NCBI GenBank assembly: GCA_963755915.1 | Contig: CAVWLP010000002.1 | Span: 3,552,001 to 3,616,000, forward strand | Reading direction: 5' to 3' | Length of the DNA: 64,000 nt | Source: an uncultured Phycisphaerales bacterium | GTDB taxonomy: Bacteria > Planctomycetota > Phycisphaerae > Tepidisphaerales > Tepidisphaeraceae | Notes under the pieces: model-generated | The model's input: the letters and a program-made list of their open reading frames with translations, nothing else | What the model was told of the DNA's origin: nothing | The model's database searches: none | Program-made: the position numbers and the translations under genes | Shown here: positions 53,720 to 64,000 of the stretch, piece by piece | Position numbering within the stretch: position 1 is the first letter of the stretch | Layout of the letters: every line of letters begins with the position of its first letter

Positions 53720-56700
53720 TTATCTGGATCGTCGCCGTTTCCGGGCCATAAGGCTGGCACTGCCGACGGCCAGCAGGCCGATGGTTGCGGGTTCGGGAAC
53801 GGCGGCAATCGTCGGCATCGGCAGGTTATTCGCCGCCGCGAACGCGTCGAGCGCCGCGATATCAGCCGGCGTTACAGTCGCCGCTGCGCCGCTGTCGCCC
53901 TGGCCGAAGTTGGCGGCTAAGGCGCTGAAGTCGGAGCCGTTGACGGAGGAGCCGTAGAGGAAGTTACCCTGGTCCCAGTTGGTGACGCCGAGGCCGAAGT
54001 TGGCGGCGAGGACGGAGAAGTCGGAGCCGTTGACGGTGCCATCCAGATTCGCGTCGCCGAGGAGCGTGTACTTCAGCTCGATTTCGCCGCTGGAGAGGCC
54101 AGCGACGTTGTGGGTGCCGTCGGCGCCGTCGGCCCAGCCTACGCCGTAGTGTAGGCCGTTGGTGGTGGATTGGGCGGTGCTGGAGATGATTCCGGTGGTG
54201 CCGTTCCAGGCGCCGTTGTTGAAGCCGGATTTGAGGTAGCCGTAGATGGTGGAAATCGGGTCGCTGCTGCCGTAGTCGATGATGATGTGGTTGTTGGTGA
54301 TGTCCAGGACGCTGTTGGGGGCGATGGTCAGGGAGGTGAGGTTGATGTTGCTGTTGGGATGGGCGGCGGTCCAGGTGCCGCTGGTGGTATTGCCGGCCAG
54401 GACGACGTTTCCGCCGGTGATGGCCATGCTGGCGGCGGTCAAACCGACGCCCAGCGTGAGCGTGCTGGTGCCGGTCTTATTGAACGCGCCGGCGTCGAGG
54501 ATCGTGCCGGCGCCGGTGATGGAATAGTTGCCGGAGCTGTTGACTGTCACCGAGCCGGGGCTGACGGTTGAATTCAGCGTGACGGAGTAGTTGCCGGCGT
54601 TGGTGTCGTTGAAGGTAATGTTGTCGCCGTCGGCATATGTGGTCGCGGCGGAGCCGGAGTTCCAGTTGTTGTTCGTAGTATCCCACGACGTTCCGTTGGT
54701 CGGCGAGCCTGCGCCGGTGTTGTCCCAGTAAATCGAGGGGGGGCCGGAGGAGATGATGGAGAGGAGGCCTTCGGTGTAGAGCTGGCTGGTGTTCCAGGAG
54801 AGATTGGCAGCGAGCGTCGGCAGAGTGATGGAGGTGAAGGTTCCGGTTTCGCTGCCGAAGCCGAGGATCTGATAGTCTTGCCCACCGGCGAAGGCGATGT
54901 TGTTGGGGTCATAGATGGTGAGGGTGCCGCCGAGGTTTGCCGAGCCGGTGCCGCCGCCGAAGACGAGATCGTCCGCGGTGTTCACGGCGGTGAGGTCTTC
55001 GGAGAGGCTGAGGGCCAGCGTCGAACCAGAGGCGACGTTGAGCGTGCTGGCGATGTCGCCGGCGGTGTTGACGGCCTGGCCGATGGAGACGGGGCCGTCG
55101 GCGGTGATGGTTCCAAGAATAGTGCCCTGGCCCATGAGGGTTTGGGTGGCGGCGAAGGTGAAGGGGCTTTGATTGCTGAAATCGATGGTTCCGCCGTTGG
55201 CGTTGACGGTGGTGACGTTGTTGATCGGCGTGTCGATGATAAGGTCGCTGGAGGCGCCGGTGGATTCAGCGGCGCCGGCCCAGATGTTGGAGCCCTCCAT
55301 TTCGAGCGTGCCGCCGCCCACGACATTGAGAGTGAGATAGCATTGAAAACCGGTGTTGAGGGTTCCGCTGAATTGTGTGTATTGGCCGAGCGCCCCGACT
55401 GCGAGAGTGGAGGTGTTGGCTATGCCCGAAACGTCCTGGCGGATGTATCCGGTGCCGGAAAGGGATCCGAACGAAATCGTACCGGCGCCGAAATTGAAAG
55501 AGGTGCTGTCGGTTCCGGCGTCGTAGGTGGCGAAGGAGGCGTTGGCGCTGCCGGCCGTTGCGGCGGTGAAACGGAAACGGCTGTTGCTGGAGCCGTAGTT
55601 GTCCATCGATCCGCTGAAGCCGCTGTTGTTACCGGAGAGGAAGACGTATCCGAATGTGCCGCCGGCGGGCTGTGTCAAATAGAGCGTTCCGCTGCCCGAG
55701 AGATTGCCGGCAACGGTGTAGGTGACGTTTGCGGTGGCGCCCAAATAGGAGACTCCCGAGCCGACAACGATATTGTTGGAGAAGATCACGCCGGCTGCGT
55801 TGCTGGATGTTAATACCGGATAGCCCGTTGCGCCCTGCCCGTTGAGGGTTACCGTACCGGTGCCCAGAGCGGTGTTGTTGCTGACATCGACAGTCCCGCC
55901 GTTGATGGTCGTTGGGCCGCTGTAGGTACTGGCGCCCTGGAGGGTGAGGTATCCAGGGCCGTTGGCGATAACCGAGCCGGTGCCGCTGATGATGCCGGAG
56001 TAAATCTGGGTGTTGGGATTGGCGAAGATCAGGGTGCCGCTGAGGTTCGTGTTACCGGCGAGGCTGCCGTTGTTGGAGACGCCGTCGCCGAGTTGGAGGG
56101 TGGCAGTGGGATTGACGTTGGTGTTGCCGTAGTAGGTATTGGCGCCGGTAAATTCCAAGGTACCCATTCCCGCGGCGGTGACCGAGCCGGGGCCGCTGAT
56201 GGCTCCGGCATAAGTCTCGTTATTGGGGTTTGCGAATACGACGGCGGTATTGTCGACGATGTTCCCGGCCACCGATCCATTATTGACGACGCCATCGCCC
56301 AGTTGGAGAGTTCCAGCGTTGACGTTGGTAACGCCCGAGTACATGTTGGCGTTGGTGAGCGTGAGGTTGCCGGGGCCGTTCACGTTAACTGCGCCGGTCC
56401 CGCTAATGACGTTGGCGTAGATTTGGGGGTTGGGGTTGGCGAAGGTGAGGGTGGCGTCGTCGGTGATATTGCCGGCAACGGAGCCGTTATTGGTAACGCC
56501 GTCGCCAAGCTGGAGCGTGCCGGTGCTGACGATCGTGCCGCCCGTATAACTTTCGGCGTTATTGAGGGTGAGGGTTCCCGAGCCGACCTTGTTCAAAGAG
56601 CCTCCGCCGCTGAGGACGCCGGAAAAGGTGGTGGAGGAGGAGTTATTTCCGACGGACAGGGAGACGGCGGCGGAGGCGTTGTTCGTGAGTCCCAGGTTCG

Positions 56701-59700
56701 TCGAGCCACTGAGCCCGCCGAGCGTGAAGGCGTCTGAGGAGACGGAGCTGTCGAAAATCAGGGAGTTGGCGAGGGTGTAAGAGAGGGTGCTGTTTTGCAG
56801 GGCGCTCGAATTGGAGAGATCGAGCTTTCCGGCGGTGATCGACGTTTGGCCGGAATATGTGTTGGCGCCGGAGAGGGTGGTGACGCCGCTGCCGGTGTTG
56901 TTGATGTTGAGGGCGAGCGTGCTGCCGGAGCCGGAGCCGTCGGCGATCGTGCCGCTGATGGTCGTGCCGCCGGTGCTGGTGTTGGTGAGAGTAAGGGTTT
57001 CAGGATTGCTGGCCGAGCTGGAGCCGGCGACGTTGCTGGAGACGGTGAGGGAATTGGCGGATTTGTTGGTCCAGGATTGGGCGGCGGCGGCAATGACGGT
57101 GCCGGTGGTGTTGATGTTGAGCCCGGCCGACCCGCTTTGGACGACGATGCCGGTGCCGGCGGAGTATCCCAACCCGCCTGCCGCGCTGGCGGCGGCCTGG
57201 AGGGTGAGGTTTCCGCTGCCCCCGATGCTGGTGACCGTGCCGGTCGTGGCAGTCGTCTGCCCGGAGCCCAGGATCGTCAGGCTGTTGATGCTGTAGCTGG
57301 TTTCAAGCATCGTGTTCAGCGAGGCGGAGGTGGCGTTGAGGTTGGCGAAGACGACATCGGTGTTGCTGCCGGGAAGCTGGCCGGTGTCGGTGGCGCCGGT
57401 CTGGGTGGTGTCCCAGTTGGTGGTGCTGGCGCCGTGATCGCCCCAGTTAGAGGAGCCGCCTTGTACGCCCGACCAGTAGGCGACGTTGGGTGCGGCAGTT
57501 CCCGAGACGACAAGCTGGAGATCGTTGGTGGCCAATTGGAGCTGATACGTTTCGCCGAAGGGGGCGGTGTTGGCCAGGGAGAGGTTGGAGCCGACGGTGA
57601 AGCCGGATTCGGAGCCGAAGCTGATGAGGTTGTAGGTGCCGGCCTCGATCGATCCGAGGAGATCAAGGTTGACGGTTGCGCCGCTGGCGTTGCCGGTCAG
57701 AGCCCCTGCGCCAGATTGATCGAGTTATTGGTGATCGCATTGTTTGCGATATCGAAGTAGAGCTCGTTCGCCGACCCGGTGGCGGCGCCGAGGGTCAACC
57801 CCCCGGTGAGATTCAATGCATCGACGGCTCCGTCGCGCAGATCGATATTTGTGCCCGCCGCGGCTGTGACCAGCCCCGCGACAGTTCCATTGCCTTTGAG
57901 GGTGCCGCTGTTTAGCGCGATTCCACTGCCGGAAAGGGTTCCGGAAACTGTCAGTGTTCCCCCTCCGAAGGTCAGGCCGCCGGTAACGGGCTTTTTCCGC
58001 TGAGGGTGAGATTGCCGCTGGTCACGTTAAGGCCGAGGTTGTTGTTATTGGCGCCTGAGCCGCCGATTGCGCCGGAATAGACATCGGTGCCGGAGGCGGC
58101 GAGTGTGAGAGTAGAGACAGAGGCGTTGCCACCGATGATCGCGTTGGCAGTTCCGCTGCCCGAGGTAGTGATGCTGGTGACGGTCGTGTTGACCGCAGCG
58201 GTCGCGTCGCCGAGTTGGAAGACGCCGCTGGTTGTGCCGCTGCCAAGGTTGAGGAAATTGCTGGTGGCGAGAACGCCGCCGTGGCCGAGGATGAGGGTTC
58301 CATTCTCGACGGATGTTCCGCCGGTGTATGTGTTGCCGGTGCCGAGCAGCGTCATGGTTCCGGTTCCATCGAGGACGAACGCGCCGCCGGCGGCCGATCC
58401 GTTGAGGAGATTGCCGCTGTAAGTGGTGCTGTCGCCGTCGCCGCCGACGGTGAGGGTCATTGCCTGCACGGTGGTGTTATTATTGGCGAGGGTAATGTTC
58501 TGCGCACCTTCCAGCCCGCCGAAGGTGTAGGCGGTGAGCCCCGTAGTGCCGCCGTTGCCGAACGTGAACGATGCGCCGTAGTTGTTGTAGTTGAGCGTGG
58601 AATCCTGGAGGGCCAGGCCGTTGGTCAGCCGGACGGTCATGGCGTTTTCATTGCCCTCAAAGGTCGTCGTCCCGGTATACGTGTTGCTGCCGGCGAGAAC
58701 CAGGTTCGACGTGCTGCCATTTAAATCGTCAAGTGTGACGGTGAGGCCGCCGGTTCCGGTAATTTCGCTATTGATCGTAAGCGAGCGCGTATTCGAAACC
58801 TCGACGCAGCCCTCGGAGGAACCGAAGGCGAGGATGCCGTTGTTCGCCGTCGAGCCGATCACGAAGCCCACATTGGCCATAATCGCGCCGCTCGACACGC
58901 TAAGGGACGTGCTGCTCGTGCCAAAAGTGATGGTCCCACCGGTCCCGTAGAGGGAATTGATGGTCGTGTTTGCGCTGATGCTTGTATTGCCGCTGATTTT
59001 GGCGTTTTCACCCTCGCTGCCGGAGCCGAGACTCATACCGCTTGTGAGTGCGGCCATTTCGGTGCTGGTATTGAGTGCTCTGAGCCCGTTCACGGGATCG
59101 TAGGTCGCGATGGTGGCGTTGACCGACGCCCAGGGAAGAACGCTGAGGTTAACTGTGCCCGAAGCGCCGCCATTGCCAATCAGCGCGGGGGCGGTGGTGA
59201 AAACGACGTTTTGCGAATTTGCAGTCTGGCTGGCGATTGAATCGAGCCCCACGTTGAGCGAGGCGTTTTGCACGTTGCGGTCGAAACTCAGATGCGTGCC
59301 CGGTGATCGATTCACGGACGAGAATAGAAGCTGTTCGTTGCCGGCCGTATTTTCGTTCAGCGAAACCCGAAGCTCACCGCTATTAAGATTGAGCGTTCCC
59401 GCCGATTCAACGAAATCGCCGGTGGTATTGCCGGTGTTGACGATCATACCGAACGCGTTGCTGCCACCCGTGCTGGTGGAGCCTGCGCCGACGATTCCGG
59501 ACGCAACGTTGTAGGTGCCCGCCGTCGTCTGAACGATGTTCAGAACGGGACTGGTCGCCAGCCCGTTGACGCCGATCGTTACCGTTGAATTAGCCAACGT
59601 GGCGCTGTTTCCATTCAAGAGCAGCGTGCCGCTCTGAATATCGGTTGAACCCGAGTAGGTCTCGGCGGCGGAGAGAGTGACCGTGCCGGCGTTGTTGGCG

Positions 59701-60305
59701 GGATTCACCATCAACCCGCCAGCGCCGCTGATGACGCCGGAGATGTTGATCGCGCCGTTAGCGCCCACGCCGGTGTTGAGGGTGAGCAGGTTGCCGCCGT
59801 TGTTGACGGTTCCGGAGACGCCGAGAGTGTCGCCGGTAGTGTTGGCGGCGGTCCAGGTCGAGGCAGCCGTGAGGATGAGGGGAACGGAAAGCGCTTCGGT
59901 CGAGCCGGCGTTGTCGGAGATGTTTCCGCCGAGGCTCAGCGTGTCGCTGGAATTCAGCGGAGCGATGGTGAACCCGCTGCCTCCGGCATTGAAGGTCAGG
60001 CCGTTGATGGCGAGGCTGGCAAAGTCGTCCGTGAGGGATGTGCCGGTCGTGCCGGCTACGGCGAAGACGAGGGTATCACCGTTCTGCGGCGGGGCGTTGC
60101 CGCCGGTCCAGTCGGTGCTGTCCCAGTTGGTGAAGCTCGCGCCGACCCAGGTTTCGGTAGCGCCGCTGGCCAGATGCGTGGAGACGAGAGTCGCCGTCGC
60201 CGCGGCAGAGAGGCAGGCGAGGCGCGCCAGACGGCGGCGCCGTGACTCTGAATTCTGTTTGCGAAGAGAACTTTCTAAAGACCGAACCTTTTGACCGCTT
60301 TTCAT
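53720..60305 (-). CDS. giant autotransporter-associated beta-strand-repeat protein with dockerin and PEP-CTERM; frameshifts at 57.5-58.0 kb
   Basis: GGAGG RBS, signal peptide, NTYTGxT repeats, GDANLDG, VPEPAT plus TM and RKRRR; ORFs 57972..60317 and 53720..57535. Confidence 0.8.
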
Positions 60306-60359
60306 CGTACCCTCCAAAAATTTCTTTCCTGATCGGTGGCTTGGATCAACGAACTGCGC

Positions 60360-60869
60360 TTACGGCAAAACCTCCTGCGGATCGCCGTCGCTTCCGGGCG
60401 GAGCCTGCACGGCAAGGATGTCGCCCAGGCGAGAGTTGGGATCGAGCGTGCCCAGGGCGACCCATCGGGTCCCGCCCGGCTTTTTCACTTCGCCAGCCCC
60501 TTTTCTGATTGACAATGCAGCTTGCGAGGAAACCCTCTCGTCCGGGGTCATCGCGTCCAACGCGGCTTTCGCGTCGGGTGGGAACTTCAGCAGATAGCCG
60601 ATAAACGGCTGTCCATCCCCGCAGCGATATACGACCGCCTGAACGGCTCTTTTTCCGTTAAAATCAAACGGCGCGATATTCGATGCGTCATCGGCGAAAA
60701 ATGTCTTTCCATCATCCACGGAGAAATAAAGCTGGCTGCCCATTCGCATCGGCGCCGTGTCCTGCTGGCGGTTGGCCGCATAAATGATCGAAACGAGCAG
60801 GGCGGTGCCGGCAATGACCATCGCGGCGGTTGTCTTGGGGCGATTATTCAAGGTTTCTCGCACGGACAT
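60360..60869 (-). CDS. hypothetical protein with N-terminal membrane anchor
   Basis: TM, FSVDDGKTFFADD, APFD, VYRC, VKKPG; in the operon after the prepilin gene. Confidence 0.7.
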   Translation of the reverse strand: MSVRETLNNRPKTTAAMVIAGTALLVSIIYAANRQQDTAPMRMGSQLYFSVDDGKTFFADDASNIAPFDFNGKRAVQAVVYRCGDGQPFIGYLLKFPPDAKAALDAMTPDERVSSQAALSIRKGAGEVKKPGGTRWVALGTLDPNSRLGDILAVQAPPGSDGDPQEVLP

Positions 60870-60926
60870 TTGTTTCCAGGCCTTCGTGTCGTTGCGTGCC
60901 GTTTCAAATTCGGTCGCGCCGGATGC

Positions 60927-61952
60927 TCACCATCTCGGCTGAGGATGAGTCGGCATCACGTACAATTGCCCGCCCAGCCCCGGTTCCGTTTTTACCGGTC
61001 CGGCGACGTATGCCTGCGTCAGTGGGAACCAGACGGTTCGGACCGAACCATCCGCAAACGCCACGTTCGTGTAGCCCACGAAACTGGGCGTTGAGATTCC
61101 GGCGTTTATGTAACTGCCAACCCGCCTTTGCATTGAGTGATAGATGACCCCGGGTGCCGCCCCGGCGCCGGTTCCTTGCGTCCCATCCACGGGGCTCGGC
61201 ATGTGATAATTGAAGCCGAAGACCGTGCTACTGATACCCGGCTCCTGGCGGAACCACCACCCGTCAAGAGCGTTACCCTCTGCGAGCCGAATTTCGGGAA
61301 TGCCCGTTTGTTCCCACGCGGCGACGGCACCGTCGTTGTTGTAATTGGCGTCGATAAACAGGGCGTACATTGGCGCCTGCTTGATCTGACTGATCTTGTA
61401 GGGCTCAAGAATGACCTGGGTTCCGGTCTGTTGCTCCGGCCCTGTAAGCAGCGGGAGGGAGGTGCCATCCAACCAGCGGCCGAAGAGAGAATTATTGCAT
61501 AGATAAGAGATGTAACCTTTAGACTGCGCACCCGTCGTCTGATCGGGACACTGTGCCTGCAAGGACGGACAAACATACAGGTGCGCGTCGTCTCCGTTGC
61601 TGAAATATTGAGTCAGCAGGCAAGCCGGATCACTGCCCACCTGGATGAACCCGTCGTTGGGAAACATGCTCGGCCCGACGTAATGCGAAGCCGTGTCGGC
61701 GGCGAACATCATCGGGGGCAGCGAGCCCTGGTTGTTGGAGGCGTAAAGCATGCAGGCATTCGTTAGCTCGCGCATGTGCGCCATGCACTGCACACCGATG
61801 GCCTGCTGGCGGGCCTTGTTGAGGGCCGGAAGGAGAATCGCAACGAGGATGGCGATGATGCCGATGACGACGAGGAGTTCGACAAGAGTAAATCCGCCTG
61901 GCGTAAATCCGCGTGAGATGAATCGGCGTGATTTGATTCGAGATGCCTCCAT
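60927..61952 (-). CDS. prepilin-type N-terminal cleavage/methylation protein (DUF1559 / H-X9-DG family)
   Basis: GFTLVELLVVIGIIAILVAILLPALNKAR, NVAFADGSV. Confidence 0.9.
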   Translation of the reverse strand: MEASRIKSRRFISRGFTPGGFTLVELLVVIGIIAILVAILLPALNKARQQAIGVQCMAHMRELTNACMLYASNNQGSLPPMMFAADTASHYVGPSMFPNDGFIQVGSDPACLLTQYFSNGDDAHLYVCPSLQAQCPDQTTGAQSKGYISYLCNNSLFGRWLDGTSLPLLTGPEQQTGTQVILEPYKISQIKQAPMYALFIDANYNNDGAVAAWEQTGIPEIRLAEGNALDGWWFRQEPGISSTVFGFNYHMPSPVDGTQGTGAGAAPGVIYHSMQRRVGSYINAGISTPSFVGYTNVAFADGSVRTVWFPLTQAYVAGPVKTEPGLGGQLYVMPTHPQPRW

Positions 61953-62158
61953 CGATGCCTCCGGCGATACGGGCGTAGGATCGGGCGTCCGGATGCGACA
62001 GACGCCAGGGCTTGTTTGCCTTCAAGGCCGTCCGCCAAACATGCTCCGCAGATCGAATCCGGCGGCTTAGGGAAGACTTGGGCCGGCACCGATCTGACGC
62101 TGATTAACATACAACGCGCCCAGTGGGTTGATAGTGATCTTTTCACCATATCGATGCG

Positions 62159-62178
62159 TTTTGAGGGACATTTTGCGT
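62159..62178 (-). promoter_or_regulatory. putative XylR/AraC operator for the leftward operon
   Basis: ACGCAAAATGTCCCTCAAAA on the minus strand; matches 63438-63456. Confidence 0.6.
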
Positions 62179-62209
62179 AAGACATGGTTGATCGGTTAGA
62201 CTGCCCCCG

Positions 62210-63412
62210 ATGCCCAGGACGCCGGCTCCATCACAGCTGTCCCGAGCCGCGCCCCAGCGCCGCAAGCTGCGAATCGCGCTGCGGCTGCTGGTCTGGTCGG
62301 AGTGGGCGCGGCAGGTTTTCCGCGGTGTGCAGGGGTATGCCCACTCCATGCCCGACTGGCAGCTTCAAGTCGTTACCGGCACCGACGATTCCGTCGCCAA
62401 CATGGGGAACATCCAGTGGGACGGCGTCATCACCCACGTGCTGGGTAACATCCCGGCCATCCGCCGGTTGCGCCGCGGAGGGCAGGTGAAGATCGTCTCC
62501 TTCACGGCGGCGCATCCAAAAGCGCTGCTCTCGATTCCCTCGGTGCGCGTGGACGATTCAGCGATTGCCCAGGCGATCGGCCAGCATTTCCTTTCCGGCG
62601 GATTCCGGCGTTTTGCCTACTATCGCACCGCCACGCGCACGCCGATCCAGGACTACCGGGCGCAGGCGCTGATGGAATTTGCAGGCTCCGTGAATTGCCC
62701 CTGCGAGATGGCGCCCTATCGGTCCAGCACGACGACAACCAGCTCGGTGAAGGAGCTGAAACGCTGGATCGCCCGGCTGCAAAAGCCGGTGGGTATTTTC
62801 GCCTGGTCGATGGGCGATGCGGTTCGCATCGTGCAGGCCTGCGTCGAGCTGGGTGTGCCGGTTCCCGAACAGGCCGCGATTGTGTCGTGGGACGACGATT
62901 CGCTCCTGTCGGAAAGCGTTTCGCTGACCGTTTCCGGCGCGGTACTGCCGGCGGAAAAGCTCGGCAGAGAAGCGGCGAAACTGCTCGATCGTCTCCTCCG
63001 CGGCGGAGGCCTGCCACACGAGCCCGTGCTGGTGCAGCCGTCAGGCGTGATCCATATTCGCCAGTCTTCCGATGTCTCCACGATTGCCGATCGCGATGTC
63101 CACCTGGCGACACGATATATAGTGGAGCATGCCTCGCAGCCGCTGGCGGTGAAGCAATTAATCGCGGAACTGCACGTCTCGCGCAGCAAGCTGGAACGCG
63201 ATTTCCGCCGGGTGACAGGGCAGACGCTCAACGAGGCGATCGTCGCCGCCCACATGGAACGGGCCCGGCAACTGCTCGTTGAGACGGATTGGCCAATAGA
63301 CCGCGTCGCCAAATATGCGGGCTTCGGCACCAAGCGGCACTTCCATCGAATCTTTTTCCGAATGCAGAAGACGACGCCGGACCAGTATCGCCGGCGTTTC
63401 GCGCCGGTCTGA
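62210..63412 (+). CDS. XylR-type regulator (periplasmic-binding fold + AraC HTH)
   Basis: LQKPVGIFA, VPEQAAIVSWDDD, SRSKLERDFRR, ARQLL...VAKYAGF...TPDQYR. Confidence 0.9.
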   Translation: MPRTPAPSQLSRAAPQRRKLRIALRLLVWSEWARQVFRGVQGYAHSMPDWQLQVVTGTDDSVANMGNIQWDGVITHVLGNIPAIRRLRRGGQVKIVSFTAAHPKALLSIPSVRVDDSAIAQAIGQHFLSGGFRRFAYYRTATRTPIQDYRAQALMEFAGSVNCPCEMAPYRSSTTTTSSVKELKRWIARLQKPVGIFAWSMGDAVRIVQACVELGVPVPEQAAIVSWDDDSLLSESVSLTVSGAVLPAEKLGREAAKLLDRLLRGGGLPHEPVLVQPSGVIHIRQSSDVSTIADRDVHLATRYIVEHASQPLAVKQLIAELHVSRSKLERDFRRVTGQTLNEAIVAAHMERARQLLVETDWPIDRVAKYAGFGTKRHFHRIFFRMQKTTPDQYRRRFAPV

Positions 63413-63437
63413 GCGGCAATTTCCCGCATTCCGCGTG

Positions 63438-63456
63438 ACGCAAAATGTCCCCAAAA
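63438..63456 (+). promoter_or_regulatory. putative XylR/AraC operator for the rightward gene
   Basis: ACGCAAAATGTCCCCAAAA. Confidence 0.6.
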
Positions 63457-63520
63457 TAGGCAGCTTCTAATCTAAAAGTCACTATTGGCGGTTGCCCGCA
63501 TTGAGTATCCTCCCGGTGTC

Positions 63521-64000
63521 ATGTCGAAACTGAAAGGGTTATACGTCCTTGACGCAGATGCGTTTGGCCTGATTTACCCTCCGGCGATCCGCGAAGCGAT
63601 TGGGCGGCATGTGGAAATGGTCGCCGGGCCGCAGACGCGCCAGTCGCTGCCGGAAAACCTCGCGCTGCTCGAGGAGGTGCAGGTCATTTTCAGCGGGTGG
63701 GGGGCGCCGATTTTTGATGAATACCTGCTCGACGCCGCCTCCCGGCTCGAGGCTATTTTTACGGCGCTGGGTCGGCGGGGTACTGCATCACGCCCACAGT
63801 CTGGGACCGGGGAATCGTGATGACCACCGCGCTCTACGCCAACGCCGTTCCCGTCGCGGAATACACGATGGCGATGATTTTGCTGTCCCTGAAGCGCATG
63901 TGGCAACTCGTGCGCCGGATGCACGATGAGAAGCGCTATCCGGACCGGAATGTGGCGGCCGGGTGTTACGGCTCAAGCGTCGGGCTGATTTCGCTTGGCG
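63521..64000 (+). CDS. D-2-hydroxyacid dehydrogenase family protein (partial, frameshifted ~63760-63790)
   Basis: IFSGWGAP; after the shift NAVPVAEYT and VGLISLG at the window end. Confidence 0.75.

Noticed and set aside
47000-60300. Numerous long overlapping antisense and alternative-frame ORFs
   Set aside because: They are shadows of GC-rich repetitive coding sequence, with low-complexity Arg/Pro/Gly translations and no motifs.

Overview
This GC-rich window looks like Planctomycetota (Phycisphaerae/Tepidisphaerales-like), judging from the PEP-CTERM/dockerin proteins, an LEPR-XLL protein and a DUF1559-type prepilin gene. Roughly 1-45 kb is a mosaic accessory region. 1-2.4 kb: an IS1-family element with passengers, next to a candidate toxin and XRE(-ImmA) pair. 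2.4-14.7 kb: an integrative replicon with an NrS-1-like primase-ATPase, an iteron-flanked origin and a tyrosine integrase, interrupted by an intact IS66 carrying an SMI1/KNR4 gene. 14.7-23.3 kb: tRNA-Val(GAC) read through antisense by a second integrase, PEP-CTERM genes, an atypical tRNA-Leu(CAA) and a flavin monooxygenase. 24-33.6 kb: a defence island (HTH, AAA ATPase plus S8 protease of IetAS type, truncated type III restriction subunit, GIY-YIG). It is bracketed by a DUF1016_N-like gene and a 5'-truncated group II-like reverse transcriptase, which is followed by a ~410 nt multi-hairpin non-coding region. A palindrome, TAAAWAA-CG-TTTTTTA, recurs 5-6 times at module boundaries between 24 and 45 kb. 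Two fluoride (crcB-class) riboswitches flank a TPR gene. Further right are cobB, two TPM genes and lemA, a group II intron 5' fragment and an IS4 with a 9-bp TSD. 47-64 kb holds a XylR-regulated locus of giant secreted proteins. Many genes carry single-base frameshifts, often in short homopolymers, which are probably long-read errors. All family calls come from motif recognition by eye, not from database searches.
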